NCBI GenBank assembly: GCA_963815115.1
Contig: CAWFFN010000012.1
Span: 576,001-640,000, forward strand
DNA from: an uncultured delta proteobacterium
GTDB taxonomy: Bacteria > Desulfobacterota > Binatia > DP-6
Direction of reading: 5' to 3'
DNA length: 64,000 nt
Position 1 is the first letter of the stretch. The number at the start of each line of letters is the position of its first letter. Positions 21,243 through 30,319 of this stretch are shown here, piece by piece. Position numbers and translations under genes: made by a program. A model generated the notes under the pieces. It was not told where the DNA came from, did no database searches, and saw nothing but the letters and a program-made list of their open reading frames with translations.

Positions 21243-22238
21243 ATGCGACAGACGACGCGCGGTCTGACGGCTGCCGTCATCCTCGTCGGGGCAGCCGCGG
21301 CCCACGCCGAGGGGCTGGAGCGAAACGCGCTCGGTCCCCGCACCGTGCGCTACACCTACGAGGTGACCGTCGCACCCCCCGCGCAGGCGAAGCTGGTCGA
21401 GATCGCCATGCCGATGCCTCGCGAGGACGATCAGACGGTGCTCGACATCGACCTCGCCGGTCCCGGCGCGGCGAGCGTGCGCCCGCTTCCGGGCGGCGAT
21501 CGCATGGCCTACTGGCGAGTCGAGGAACCGAGCGACCCGCTGGTGATGCGGCAGACCGGGACGGTGGCTCGACGCGAGGTACACGGCGAGACGGCGCGTG
21601 CCGACGGCACGGCGATCGATCCGGACGTGTTCGCCGCCGCGCTGGCCGCGTCGCCGTCGGTGCAGATCAACGACGAGATCCGCGCCATCGCGCAGCGCCA
21701 GACCGCCGGCAAGGAGGGCGTCGTGGGTCGGGCGCACGCGCTCTACGACTGGGTCTACGAGCACATGGCCTACGACAAGACGGTTCCGGGCTGGGGGCTG
21801 GGTGACATTCCGTACTGTCTCAAGGTGGGAAAAGGGAACTGTACCGACTTCCACACCCTCTTCATCGCGCTGGCACGCGCGAACGGCATTCCCGCGCGTT
21901 GGAACATCGGGTTTCCGCTGGCCTATGCCGACGGCACGCCGCGCCCTGCAGATCCCGTCCTGGTGGCCGGCTATCACTGCTGGGCCGAGTTCTTCGCTCC
22001 GGGAGCGGGCTGGGTGCCGGTCGACATCTCGGAGGCGCGCAGGCATCCCGAGCTGCGCGACTACTTCTTCGGTACCCTGTCCGGAAACCGGATCCTCTTC
22101 AGCCGCCTGCGCGACGGTGCGCTGGCGCTCGGCGACGCTGATCCCGCTCGCAACTACTTCATCTACCCCGTGGCCCGTGCCGACGGCGCCGAGCTGAAGG
22201 ACGGCGTCACCTGGCGCTTCACGTACGAGGATCGCTGA
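21243..22238 (+). CDS. Secreted transglutaminase-like protein
   Basis: Signal peptide; GNCTDF, YHCWAEF, WVPVD catalytic triad motifs. Confidence 0.9.
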   Translation: MRQTTRGLTAAVILVGAAAAHAEGLERNALGPRTVRYTYEVTVAPPAQAKLVEIAMPMPREDDQTVLDIDLAGPGAASVRPLPGGDRMAYWRVEEPSDPLVMRQTGTVARREVHGETARADGTAIDPDVFAAALAASPSVQINDEIRAIAQRQTAGKEGVVGRAHALYDWVYEHMAYDKTVPGWGLGDIPYCLKVGKGNCTDFHTLFIALARANGIPARWNIGFPLAYADGTPRPADPVLVAGYHCWAEFFAPGAGWVPVDISEARRHPELRDYFFGTLSGNRILFSRLRDGALALGDADPARNYFIYPVARADGAELKDGVTWRFTYEDR

Positions 22239-22317
22239 CTCGCTACCGGGCGACGATCTCGACCCGGCGGTTCTGCCAGCATCGCCGGCGAACACGAAGC
22301 TCGGACCGGTGAGAGTC

Positions 22318-22650
22318 TCAATCCCCCCGCCGATTCGTGACCGGAGCAGGCGGGGGCGGCGGAGGCGGCGGCGGTGGCGGGACCTCGGGGGGCAGCTCGC
22401 AGAAGTAGGAGTTGCCGAGTGCCCACCCGACCAGCCCGCCAACGATCGCTCCCCCGACGCCCGCGCCCGCGCCGGCGGCTCCGTTCTTCGCACCGATGCC
22501 GACGCCCGCGCCGACGCCGGCGCCACCGATGATCGCACCCAGCACCGTCGCGCTCACCACGCATGAATCCTGGTTTTCGCGCGTCGGGGCGCAGCCGGTC
22601 ATCGCCAATGCCACCAGGGCCGCGATCGCAGTCCGTCCGCCAGCATCCAT
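22318..22650 (-). CDS. Glycine-zipper lipoprotein with poly-Pro tail
   Basis: MTGC lipobox, GxxxG repeats, PPPPPPPPPP. Confidence 0.7.
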   Translation of the reverse strand: MDAGGRTAIAALVALAMTGCAPTRENQDSCVVSATVLGAIIGGAGVGAGVGIGAKNGAAGAGAGVGGAIVGGLVGWALGNSYFCELPPEVPPPPPPPPPPPAPVTNRRGD

Positions 22651-22852
22651 CCTTGCCCTCCGTTCTTCCGTCCGGCGCCTTGCCAGCTGCGCGAGTCCGT
22701 GAAGCGCCTAGCGGGACGGACCGGTGCCGTTCAAGGGCCACCATGCCGCCCGTCGTTAAATGTTGATGACGTTTTGCGGAGGCGGAATGAGCCTGCTTGC
22801 TCCGGGTCGGTCCCGCGTCAGCCCGGGAGCGAGACCTCTACCGGCACGCCGC

Positions 22853-23137
22853 TCAGAAGCATCGGTTCTCCGGTGCGCGCTCGACCGTCAGCGGCTCCGG
22901 ACCGCGCGCCCGAACCCGATCGAGGATCGTCTCCACGGACCGGATGTCGCGGTCGTCTGCGGCGGCCGCAGGCATCTCGACCCCGCGCATCGGCGCGACG
23001 AAGGGATGCAGCAGAAGCCCCGACACCGCGCGGACGATCTCCGTCGGCTCGGGCCGGATCTCCGCCACCAGCGACGCCAAGCGGCCCGGGTCCGACCAGC
23101 GGCTCTGGGTGCGATAGACGTCGACGTTCTCTGCCAT
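22853..23137 (-). pseudogene. Truncated transglutaminase-like gene (N-terminal 94 aa only)
   Basis: YRTQSRWSDPG...GLLLHP...PLTVERAPENRCF* resembles the N-terminus of a transglutaminase-like family and stops at the catalytic Cys region. Confidence 0.6.
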
Positions 23138-23154
23138 GGAAGGCCTCCTCGCGG

Positions 23155-25086
23155 TCACCCGCCGAGCAACTGCCGCATCTGCCGGACGCCCGCATCGGTC
23201 GGAAACAGCCGCTCGGCGGCGGCCTGCGCCGATCGTGCGTCCTGCTCGCGGCCCGCCGCGCGCAGGAAGGTCACCAGGCCCACCCGCACGGCCGGATTCC
23301 CGGGGAGCAGGGTGACGAGGACCTCGAACTGGTCCGCGGCCTCGGCATACCGTCCCGCTCCGCGGAGCAGCGTCGCGTAGTTCATCCGCGCCAGGGCGTT
23401 GCGCGGAGCGAGCCGGATGGTCTCGAGATACTCGACCTCCGCCTCGGCCTGATGCCCCTGGCGCAGGAGGGCGTTGGCAAGGTTCAGGTGCAGGTCCGGC
23501 ATCCGGGGATCGATGGCGAGCCCGCGGCGGAACACGGCCTCGGCCGCGGCCTCGTCGCCGTGCTCGCTGAAGGCACCGCCCAGATTGACGTAGGCGCTCA
23601 CCAGATCGGGCTGGCGGTCGAGGGAGCGTTGGTATGCGTCGATCGCCTCCGCATAGCGTTTCGCCCGGACGAGAACGTTGCCGAGATTGTACAGGGTCAT
23701 CGGCTCGTCGGGGGCGAGCCGGAGCGAGGTCTCGATCTCCGCGACCGCCTCGTCGTTCCGGTTCTCCTCGCTGAGAAGGAGCGCCAGCTCGCGGTGGCTG
23801 CGCGCGCTGCGGGGCGCGTCCGCCACCATGGTCCGAAAGAAGATCGGCGCGTCGCGCCACACCGTGTTGCGCTCGATGGTACGCGCGCCGTACAGCGCGA
23901 CGACGAGCGCGGCGAGTGCGGCCGTCAGCCTCGTTCCGCGTCCGATGGTCGTGATCCCGAACGCCAGCAGCAGACAGAATCCGGCGGACGGGAGATAGAG
24001 CAGCCGCTCCGCCATGATCGTGCCGATCAGGACGACGGCGTTGGACACGATCGAGAACGTGAGCGCGGAGAAGGCGATCGCGAAGCACACGTGGCGCTCG
24101 CGATACCAGCCCCACGCGGCGAGGCCGCCAGCGACCAGGAGCACGGCGACGCCCGCGCCGACGCGCGGGTCGGCGAGCGAGGTCGCGAGCTCGAATTGGG
24201 GGAACGAGTAGTCTGCGGACAGACGGACCGGCCAGATCAGGAGCCGGGCGTACGCTGCGACGATCGCGAGGGCGCTGTACAGCCGCGATCCCGGCGACGC
24301 CGTTCCGAGCGGGTTGTCGAGCTGCAGCGGGAGCGGGGCGACACCATGCATGACGGCGGTGCGGATCAGGAGCGCGGCGATCGCGCCCAGCGCGAGCGCT
24401 CCGTATCCCCGGACGTCGAGCCGGCGCCGGTAGATCAGATCGGCCGCGATCGCGACCGCGACGATCGTGATCGCATTCTCCTTCGCGAGCACGCCGGCGA
24501 ACAGCGTCAGCGCGGCCGCGGCATGCGCCGGCACGCTGCGCCGGGTGAGAACGATCCACCACGCCAGGAGGGCGAGGAGGGCCGCCAGCACCTCGGCGCG
24601 GCCGACGACGCTCGCCACCGCCTCGGTGTGCACGGGATGGGCGGCGAACAGGAACGCCGCCAGGAGCGCGAGCGTCGCATCGCGGGTGACTCGAGCCAGC
24701 AGCAGCGCCAGCACGACGCACACGGCCGCGTGCAGGACGACGTTGACCGCGTGGTAGCCGAGGGGCGCCGCGCCGTGGATCGCGTAGTTCGCCGCGAAGC
24801 TTGCCGTCGTCACCGGGCGGTAGACGTCCATGTAGCCGTTCGGCGTGAACCATGATCCGGTCGTCACGATGCGCGCCAGGTCGACCTCCGCCACTGCCGG
24901 GTTCCGGACGATCGCGTTCACGTCGTCGTAGATCAGCCCCCCGCGCAGCGTGTTCAGGTAGCAGCCCAGCGCCACCGCCACGAGCAAAGCCAGGAGCAGG
25001 CCCGGGGGATGCCCGGCCGCCCGCACGCTCCCGGAAGGCGGCGGCGCACCGGTCCGGACGTGCCGCCCGCCGCGGACGGCCGTCAT
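23155..25086 (-). CDS. TMTC-like (DUF1736) GT-C glycosyltransferase with C-terminal TPRs
   Basis: IYDD..AI..NP, YRPV, HPVHTEAVASVVGRAEVL, KENA, LSADYS, AERLLYLPS, TPR array. Confidence 0.9.
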   Translation of the reverse strand: MTAVRGGRHVRTGAPPPSGSVRAAGHPPGLLLALLVAVALGCYLNTLRGGLIYDDVNAIVRNPAVAEVDLARIVTTGSWFTPNGYMDVYRPVTTASFAANYAIHGAAPLGYHAVNVVLHAAVCVVLALLLARVTRDATLALLAAFLFAAHPVHTEAVASVVGRAEVLAALLALLAWWIVLTRRSVPAHAAAALTLFAGVLAKENAITIVAVAIAADLIYRRRLDVRGYGALALGAIAALLIRTAVMHGVAPLPLQLDNPLGTASPGSRLYSALAIVAAYARLLIWPVRLSADYSFPQFELATSLADPRVGAGVAVLLVAGGLAAWGWYRERHVCFAIAFSALTFSIVSNAVVLIGTIMAERLLYLPSAGFCLLLAFGITTIGRGTRLTAALAALVVALYGARTIERNTVWRDAPIFFRTMVADAPRSARSHRELALLLSEENRNDEAVAEIETSLRLAPDEPMTLYNLGNVLVRAKRYAEAIDAYQRSLDRQPDLVSAYVNLGGAFSEHGDEAAAEAVFRRGLAIDPRMPDLHLNLANALLRQGHQAEAEVEYLETIRLAPRNALARMNYATLLRGAGRYAEAADQFEVLVTLLPGNPAVRVGLVTFLRAAGREQDARSAQAAAERLFPTDAGVRQMRQLLGG

Positions 25087-25262
25087 CGTGCCCGGGCGCC
25101 CCGGGCCGGGATGCCGGCGTCACCGTGAGGGACTCGTGGAACCCCAGGCGCGCGTCTCGTCATGGTTCTCCACCCGAGCCGCGGCCATCCCGGGCGCGAC
25201 GCGACCGTGGCTCGGTTCGGATGCGAAACGCTGGCAGCGATCGCTTCGTCTTGTCAACGCCC

Positions 25263-25478
25263 TCAGCCGCGCAGTCGGTCCTCGATCGCCTCGCGCACGA
25301 AGTCGTCGAGGGTCTTGGCGCCGAGCGCGGCCTGCAGGCGGATCGATCGTAGGCGGGAGATGGGGAGGCGGATGTCGAGGGAGGAGAAGTCAGGGAGGAA
25401 GCCGGTCGTGCCTGCGTGGTCGTTCGTCGCGCGCGGTCGTGGCTTCTTGGTTCTCACCGGGACCTTCTTGCTGGGCAT
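25263..25478 (-). CDS. Small ribbon-helix-helix-like protein
   Basis: LDIRLPISRLRSIRLQAALGAKTLDDFVREAIEDRL beta-alpha-alpha pattern; start uncertain. Confidence 0.5.
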   Translation of the reverse strand: MPSKKVPVRTKKPRPRATNDHAGTTGFLPDFSSLDIRLPISRLRSIRLQAALGAKTLDDFVREAIEDRLRG

Positions 25479-25564
25479 ATGGTATGGTGCTCGATACCCG
25501 TGGCGCACGAGCCGCGTCTTGTCCGTGGGGGCCATTCTGTTGTCTAAGTGGGCCAAGTGCCGGG

Positions 25565-26117
25565 ATGGCAGAGCGGACCGTAGGCGTCCTGCAGCTGCTC
25601 GACCTGCTGAAGGCCTTGCGTTCGGTGGGGGCCGATTCCGGCCGCTTGTGCCGCGCGGCCGGTCTCGCGCCGGGTACGTTGCGGGATCTCGGCGCGAGGG
25701 TGCGGGGCTCCGACCCCATCGGTGTTTGCCAACCCGCTGGCGGCCGAACGGATCGAGGATCTCGCCATCACCCTCGAGAAGCGGGCCGCTCGGACAAGTG
25801 AACGGGCCAGGGTGACGGACGTGGTGCGCACGATGGCGATCTCGGGCGTTCGCGCGCATCGCCTGCGGGTCGCGCGCCAGCTCGGCATGAGCGGGCGAAC
25901 GCTCCAGCGCGCCCTCGCCCGGGAAGGCGTGACCTTCACGGACGTCCGGGCCGAGGTGCTCTGGGACGCAGTGCCTTCGCTGCTCGCGAACCCGTCGTGC
26001 AAGGTGCAGGCGGTCGCGATGCAAGCCGGCTTCGCCGATGCGGCGGGCTTCTCGAAGGCGTTCCGACGGCGGATGGGCTGCTCGCCCAGCGACTACCGGA
26101 AGCGGCTCGCCAGGTAG
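25565..26117 (+). pseudogene. AraC-family regulator (OruR/Arabinose_bd_2 type) with internal deletion and frame change
   Basis: N-terminus MAERTVGVLQLLDLLKALRSVGADSGRLCRAAGL...RV in one frame; HTH VARQLGMSGRTLQRAL...AGFADAAGFSKAFRR in another, with the central domain largely missing. Confidence 0.7.
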
Positions 26118-26190
26118 CGAGGCGCGCTGCGGGGCGCATCTTGACCTCGATCGGGGGAGGGGTGAAGGTCCAGTCGAGGAGGTGATCGAC

Positions 26191-26814
26191 ATGGCGACCT
26201 GGGCGGCCAAGGGGCAGTACATGGAGGCGTGTAGCTGCGATTTTCTCTGTCCGTGCGTTCCAAAGAACGCGACCACGCCGGCGACCCACGATTTCTGCAA
26301 GGTCGCCCTGACGTTCGCGATCGATTCCGGACGGTACGGCGACGTCCCGCTCGACGGGGTGCGTTTCGTCTTCTTCGCGCAGTCGAAGGCCATCATGACC
26401 CACGGCGACTGGATCGGCGGGGTGGTCATCGATTCCGCCGCCAGCGACGCGCAGGCCGAGGCCGTCGGGGCCCTCGCCAGCGGCGCGGCCGGCGGTCCTC
26501 TCGGGCTGTTCGCACCCTTGCTCGGCGATTTTCGAGGCGTGCAGCGGCATCCCATCCACGTCACGCAGGACGGCCACAACGTGAGCGTCAGGATCGACGG
26601 CCTGCTCGATCAAAGCGTCGTCGGGGTCGAGAGCGTGTCGGTGCCGGGCGCGTGCGTCGCCATCGACAACACCTTCCACCCGGTGAACAAGCGGCTGAAC
26701 CTCGCCACCGCGCTGCGCAACGTGATCAGCGCCTTCGGGATCGAGTGGAAGGGAGAGCCGGGAAGGACCAACGGACACTTCGCGCCCTTCGACTGGAGGG
26801 GCGAGACTGCGTGA
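26191..26814 (+). CDS. DUF1326 domain protein
   Basis: W..KGQYMEACSCDFLCPC motif; GGAGG RBS. Confidence 0.88.
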   Translation: MATWAAKGQYMEACSCDFLCPCVPKNATTPATHDFCKVALTFAIDSGRYGDVPLDGVRFVFFAQSKAIMTHGDWIGGVVIDSAASDAQAEAVGALASGAAGGPLGLFAPLLGDFRGVQRHPIHVTQDGHNVSVRIDGLLDQSVVGVESVSVPGACVAIDNTFHPVNKRLNLATALRNVISAFGIEWKGEPGRTNGHFAPFDWRGETA

Positions 26815-27569
26815 ATGTCCGGTTCTCGCGGCTCCTGACCTTCGCCGTTCTCGTCGCGATCGGCGGGATCGCATGGGCGTTCCTGGTACGCAGCGAGGAG
26901 GCCATGACGACCATGGCGGGCGACGGGCCGATCGTCCGGCTGATGTGGCTGATGATGCGGCCGGCGGAGTTCCTGCCATACTTCTTCGCCGCGGCGCTCA
27001 TGTGGGTGATCATGATGATCGCCATGATGGTGCCTGCCGTGGTGCCGATGGTCATGGTGATGCGCGGCGTCGACGGCGGCCCGCATCGCGAGCGCGACAC
27101 GCTGCTGTTCGCCGCGGGGTATCTCATCGGATGGAGCGCGTTCGGCCTGGTGGCGGCATTCCTCCAGCTCTGGCTGCACGCCCGCGGCGTGCTCGGCGGC
27201 GATCGGCTGGCGGTCGGCGCGCTCGGCGCCGGACTGCTCCTGCTCGCGGCGGGCATGTACCAGCTCACTCCGTGGAAGGCGGCCTGCCTGCGTCACTGCC
27301 GCAGCCCGGCGAGCTTCTTCCTCGAGCACTGGTCGCCCGGTGGCCGCGGCGCTCTCGCCATGGGGCTGCGCCACGGCCTCTACTGCGTCGGCTGCTGCTG
27401 GGTGCTGATGCTGCTGATGTTCGTCGGCGGCACGATGAGCGTGCTCACGATGGCGGCGCTGTGCGCCTTCATCCTCGCCGAGCGCCTGCTGCCGGACGGG
27501 CCGTGGGTCTCGCGCATCCCCGGCACGGCGATGATCGTGTCGGGCGCGCTCTTGATTGCGTCGCGCTGA
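26811..27569 (+). CDS. DUF2182 putative metal-binding membrane protein
   Basis: MWVIMMIAMMVP, YQLTPWKAACLRHCRSP, GLYCVGCCWVLMLLMF; GTGA overlap. Confidence 0.9.
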   Translation: MNVRFSRLLTFAVLVAIGGIAWAFLVRSEEAMTTMAGDGPIVRLMWLMMRPAEFLPYFFAAALMWVIMMIAMMVPAVVPMVMVMRGVDGGPHRERDTLLFAAGYLIGWSAFGLVAAFLQLWLHARGVLGGDRLAVGALGAGLLLLAAGMYQLTPWKAACLRHCRSPASFFLEHWSPGGRGALAMGLRHGLYCVGCCWVLMLLMFVGGTMSVLTMAALCAFILAERLLPDGPWVSRIPGTAMIVSGALLIASR

Positions 27570-27577
27570 GGCGACGG

Positions 27578-27613
27578 ACCCCGGCGCCGGCCAGGAGAGC
27601 CGGCGCCGGGGGT
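27578..27613. terminator. GC-rich 13-bp hairpin, 3' of paralog copy 1 (probable bidirectional terminator or stabiliser)
   Basis: CCCCGGCGCCGGC-caggaga-GCCGGCGCCGGGG between convergent genes; no clear U-tract. Confidence 0.6.
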
Positions 27614-27640
27614 TGGGGTCGCTAGAACCGCAGCGTGTGG

Positions 27641-29791
27641 CTACGGCACGGCGAAGAACTGCGCGTTCCCGGGCAGGCTGAGCGAGCCCGGGCCCGGCAG
27701 ATCGGCGAGCCCGTCGAGGGCCAGGCTGCCGGTCTGCGGGATGCAGAAGTTGCTCACGAGCACGCCGGCGTGCGGCGCGCCGTCGGAGAGATCACCCGCC
27801 GGCGATCCGTTCTGCGTGATCGCCTGCGTCGCCGCCTGCCCGAAGGCGCCCGCGTGCGGCTGCGCCGGGCAGAAGAGCCCGTCGGCCGCCGTGGTCGTCA
27901 CCGGGGCCGAGGTCAGCGGGTTGAGGCTGATGGGCAGCGTGGCCACGAAGGTCCCAGGATCCGGTAGACAATCGACCGACGTCTGCGTGCTGTTGCCGGT
28001 CGTGCAGGGCTGGCCGGCGCTGGGGCCGGAGTTGCAGAACCCGCCGTCGCAGATCGGGCAGATGGTGGGCTTGCCGAGCGTCAGGTAGACGAACGACGCC
28101 AGCTCGATGTCGACCGTCGACTCGCCCGTGGCGACGTTGAGCGTCCCGCTGGCATCCTGCGCGAAGGCGTTCACCACGCAGCTCGGCGGGAAGCCGTTCA
28201 CCAGGACCGGCGGGCCGAAGTAGCAGGTCGGATCGGTCTGGCAGCCGCCCGGCGCGAAGCATGCCGAGTCGTCGGTGCACTCGACCGCCGGGTTGTTGAC
28301 GCAGTGCTTGACGGAGCCCTGCGGCCCCACCGAGCAGTCCGTCCGGCTCGTCCCCAGGCTGCCGGACAACGTCGTGCCGTCGGGGCTGTCGAGGACCGTG
28401 GTGGCGTTCTCCGGAATGATCGACGGGTTCACCGTCGCCGCGCCGCCACCGATGTAGAGGCAGCCCGCTCCGAGGTCGACGAGCTTCGTGCCGACGAGGT
28501 CGGAGTCGAGCTCACCCGAGAAGGGCGGATCGGCCGGCGTGCCGAACCCGTTCGCGCCGCAGTTGGCCGTGCCTGCGCTCGTCGTGAACGACAGGTGCTG
28601 GCCGAGCGGCGGCGGGGCGGTCGTCGTCGTCGTGCTCGTCGTGGTGGTCGTGGTGCTGGTGGTGGGCACGCTCTGCTGGCGATTCAAGTCGATCGAGAAC
28701 TGGTCGATGAGCTGCTCGAGCGGCGCGAGCTGCGTCGGCGTGCCGCACGCCTTCAAGGACGAGTTGAACGACGCGCCGGCCTTCGTCACACACGCCGGGT
28801 CCGTCGCGGTGCCGCTCTTGGCGCCCGACGAGAAGCACTTGGCGACGGCCTGGAGCTTCTTGCCGATCGACGTGAGCTTCTTGCCGAAGCAGACGTCCGG
28901 TCCCGGCGACCCGCCGGTCACGATCTGGATCGCCTGCCCGATGACGGCGTTGACCGACGCCCCGGTGGCGTCGGCGTCCGGGCTCACCAGGCAGTCGCCC
29001 TTCTTCTGCGCATTGGTGAAGCCCTTGGTCAGCGTGTCGGTCGCCTTCTGGAGACAGGCGTCGTCCACCGGCAGGCCCTTCTGGAGGGCCTTGGCGTAGC
29101 AGCTCGCGACCGCCTTCGCCTGCTTCCCGGCGGCGTCGTCGAGGCCCTGCGCGCACTTGCTCGCCGGCTGGGCCACCGACACGAAGGCGACGTTGTCCAT
29201 GCTGAAGATCTCGACCCCGAAGAAGAGATCGCCCGGCACCCCGCAGCTGTGGCTGCTGGTGACGACCACCTGCTCCGCGCCCGGCGGTGGCAGTGTGAGG
29301 GAGAGGGTCTCGCCCGCCATGTCGGCGGTCTGGGTGTCGGAGTCCAGGAGGGTGCCGTCATGCGCGAAGCCCTGGATCGTCACGATGCTGGCTCCCATGC
29401 AGTCGATCCCGAACGTCCCCGTGTCGAACTGGAAATACTGGATCGGCGGATAGAAGGTGAGGAACTCGGGCGATTGGGCGAGTCCGCCGGTGACCACCGG
29501 GAACGCGCTCAGGAAGTAGATGTTGTTCGGCAGGGAGATGTACGGCACTTCCTCGGGGTTGAACGCTGGGTTGAAGAGACCGCCGCTGTTCTGTCCGAAC
29601 CCGGCGAACTGGACTCCCCGGTTCACGTACTGGTCGGTGACGACGAGGAAAGGGATCTGCTGGTTCGGTCCGAGATCGATGTCGTCGAAGTTGACCAGCG
29701 TCGCGGTCACCGGCGGAGGCATGAGCTGCGCCCCCGCGCTACCGGCGAGCGCCGTGAGCAGCAGGGCGCTCGCGATCCGTGAGATTCTCAT
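27641..29791 (-). CDS. Secreted Cys-rich surface protein, paralog copy 1 (716 aa)
   Basis: Signal peptide, beta-rich N-domain (TLVNFDD), Cys-helical repeat, poly-Thr linker, Cys-rich C-domain. Confidence 0.9.
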   Translation of the reverse strand: MRISRIASALLLTALAGSAGAQLMPPPVTATLVNFDDIDLGPNQQIPFLVVTDQYVNRGVQFAGFGQNSGGLFNPAFNPEEVPYISLPNNIYFLSAFPVVTGGLAQSPEFLTFYPPIQYFQFDTGTFGIDCMGASIVTIQGFAHDGTLLDSDTQTADMAGETLSLTLPPPGAEQVVVTSSHSCGVPGDLFFGVEIFSMDNVAFVSVAQPASKCAQGLDDAAGKQAKAVASCYAKALQKGLPVDDACLQKATDTLTKGFTNAQKKGDCLVSPDADATGASVNAVIGQAIQIVTGGSPGPDVCFGKKLTSIGKKLQAVAKCFSSGAKSGTATDPACVTKAGASFNSSLKACGTPTQLAPLEQLIDQFSIDLNRQQSVPTTSTTTTTTSTTTTTAPPPLGQHLSFTTSAGTANCGANGFGTPADPPFSGELDSDLVGTKLVDLGAGCLYIGGGAATVNPSIIPENATTVLDSPDGTTLSGSLGTSRTDCSVGPQGSVKHCVNNPAVECTDDSACFAPGGCQTDPTCYFGPPVLVNGFPPSCVVNAFAQDASGTLNVATGESTVDIELASFVYLTLGKPTICPICDGGFCNSGPSAGQPCTTGNSTQTSVDCLPDPGTFVATLPISLNPLTSAPVTTTAADGLFCPAQPHAGAFGQAATQAITQNGSPAGDLSDGAPHAGVLVSNFCIPQTGSLALDGLADLPGPGSLSLPGNAQFFAVP

Positions 29792-30150
29792 ACGAAGCCC
29801 CCCTGACGTTGTGCAGCGTTGGACGAATGCTTCGTCGCCGGCGCGTGAGGCGCCGGCGCGATCCCCGGGGCCTCGGGTCAGGCAGCTCCCATGGGTTCAC
29901 CCTCCTGAAGGCGCCTGACCTGGATACATTCGCTGCGTGTCCCGGAGGGCTCAGCATGCGCCGCGGGCACCTTCGTCACACGAGACGGCGGGCTGGCTGC
30001 GCTCGAGCGAAGTGACAGCTTCGCCCGGTCTCCGGCTGCTTCGGGGTGAAGCCGAGCGCTCGAGATCGTCCGGGATGCACCGACGAACATGCCGTCGACA
30101 TCCCGTCGAGCCCCGGCGGAGCAGGTGGATACTGACACGTCAGTTTCCGG
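29792..30150 (-). ncRNA. Putative structured 5' leader RNA, copy 1
   Basis: Conserved in three copies with paired segments and covariation (see findings). Confidence 0.6.
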
Positions 30151-30185
30151 GGTGGCGGGTACTCCCCCTCGGAGACGGATGTCAA
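30131..30185 (-). promoter_or_regulatory. Putative promoter (TTGACA-N18-TACCCG) and palindrome ACTGAC-GT-GTCAGT, copy 1
   Basis: TTGACA at 30185-30180; palindrome at 30131-30144; both conserved across copies; -10 weak. Confidence 0.55.
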
Positions 30186-30256
30186 GCATCCTACCGCCTG
30201 GACCGAGCCACCCGGCGCGTGAACGTCGCCCATTCTCCAACGAAGTGAGGCGACGG

Positions 30257-30292
30257 ACCCCGGCGCCGGCCAGGAGAGCCGGCGCCGGGGGT
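30257..30292. terminator. GC-rich hairpin 3' of copy 2
   Basis: Identical to the 27578 hairpin. Confidence 0.6.
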
Positions 30293-30319
30293 TGGGTCGC
30301 CCAGAACCGCAGCGTGCTG

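Noticed and set aside
22853-22855. In-frame TGA after ENRCF as a possible selenocysteine codon, given the nearby tRNA-Sec
   Set aside because: Read-through gives only AACR before a TAG, the rest of the domain is absent, and no SECIS-like hairpin is evident; truncation is the simpler explanation
29860-29990. Leader segments resembling TPP (GGTGCCC...GCTGAG), SAM-I/cobalamin (AAGGTGCC, GCCGGAGACC) or c-di-AMP ydaO (GAACCC..AGCT..ACCCG) riboswitches
   Set aside because: Only isolated short matches; the required downstream consensus elements are missing or out of order, and GAACCC is not conserved in copies 2 and 3
29878-30248. Short ORFs within the triplicated leaders as leader peptides
   Set aside because: Indels between copies (2-nt insertion in copy 2, domain deletion in copy 3) break the frames, while base-pairing is preserved
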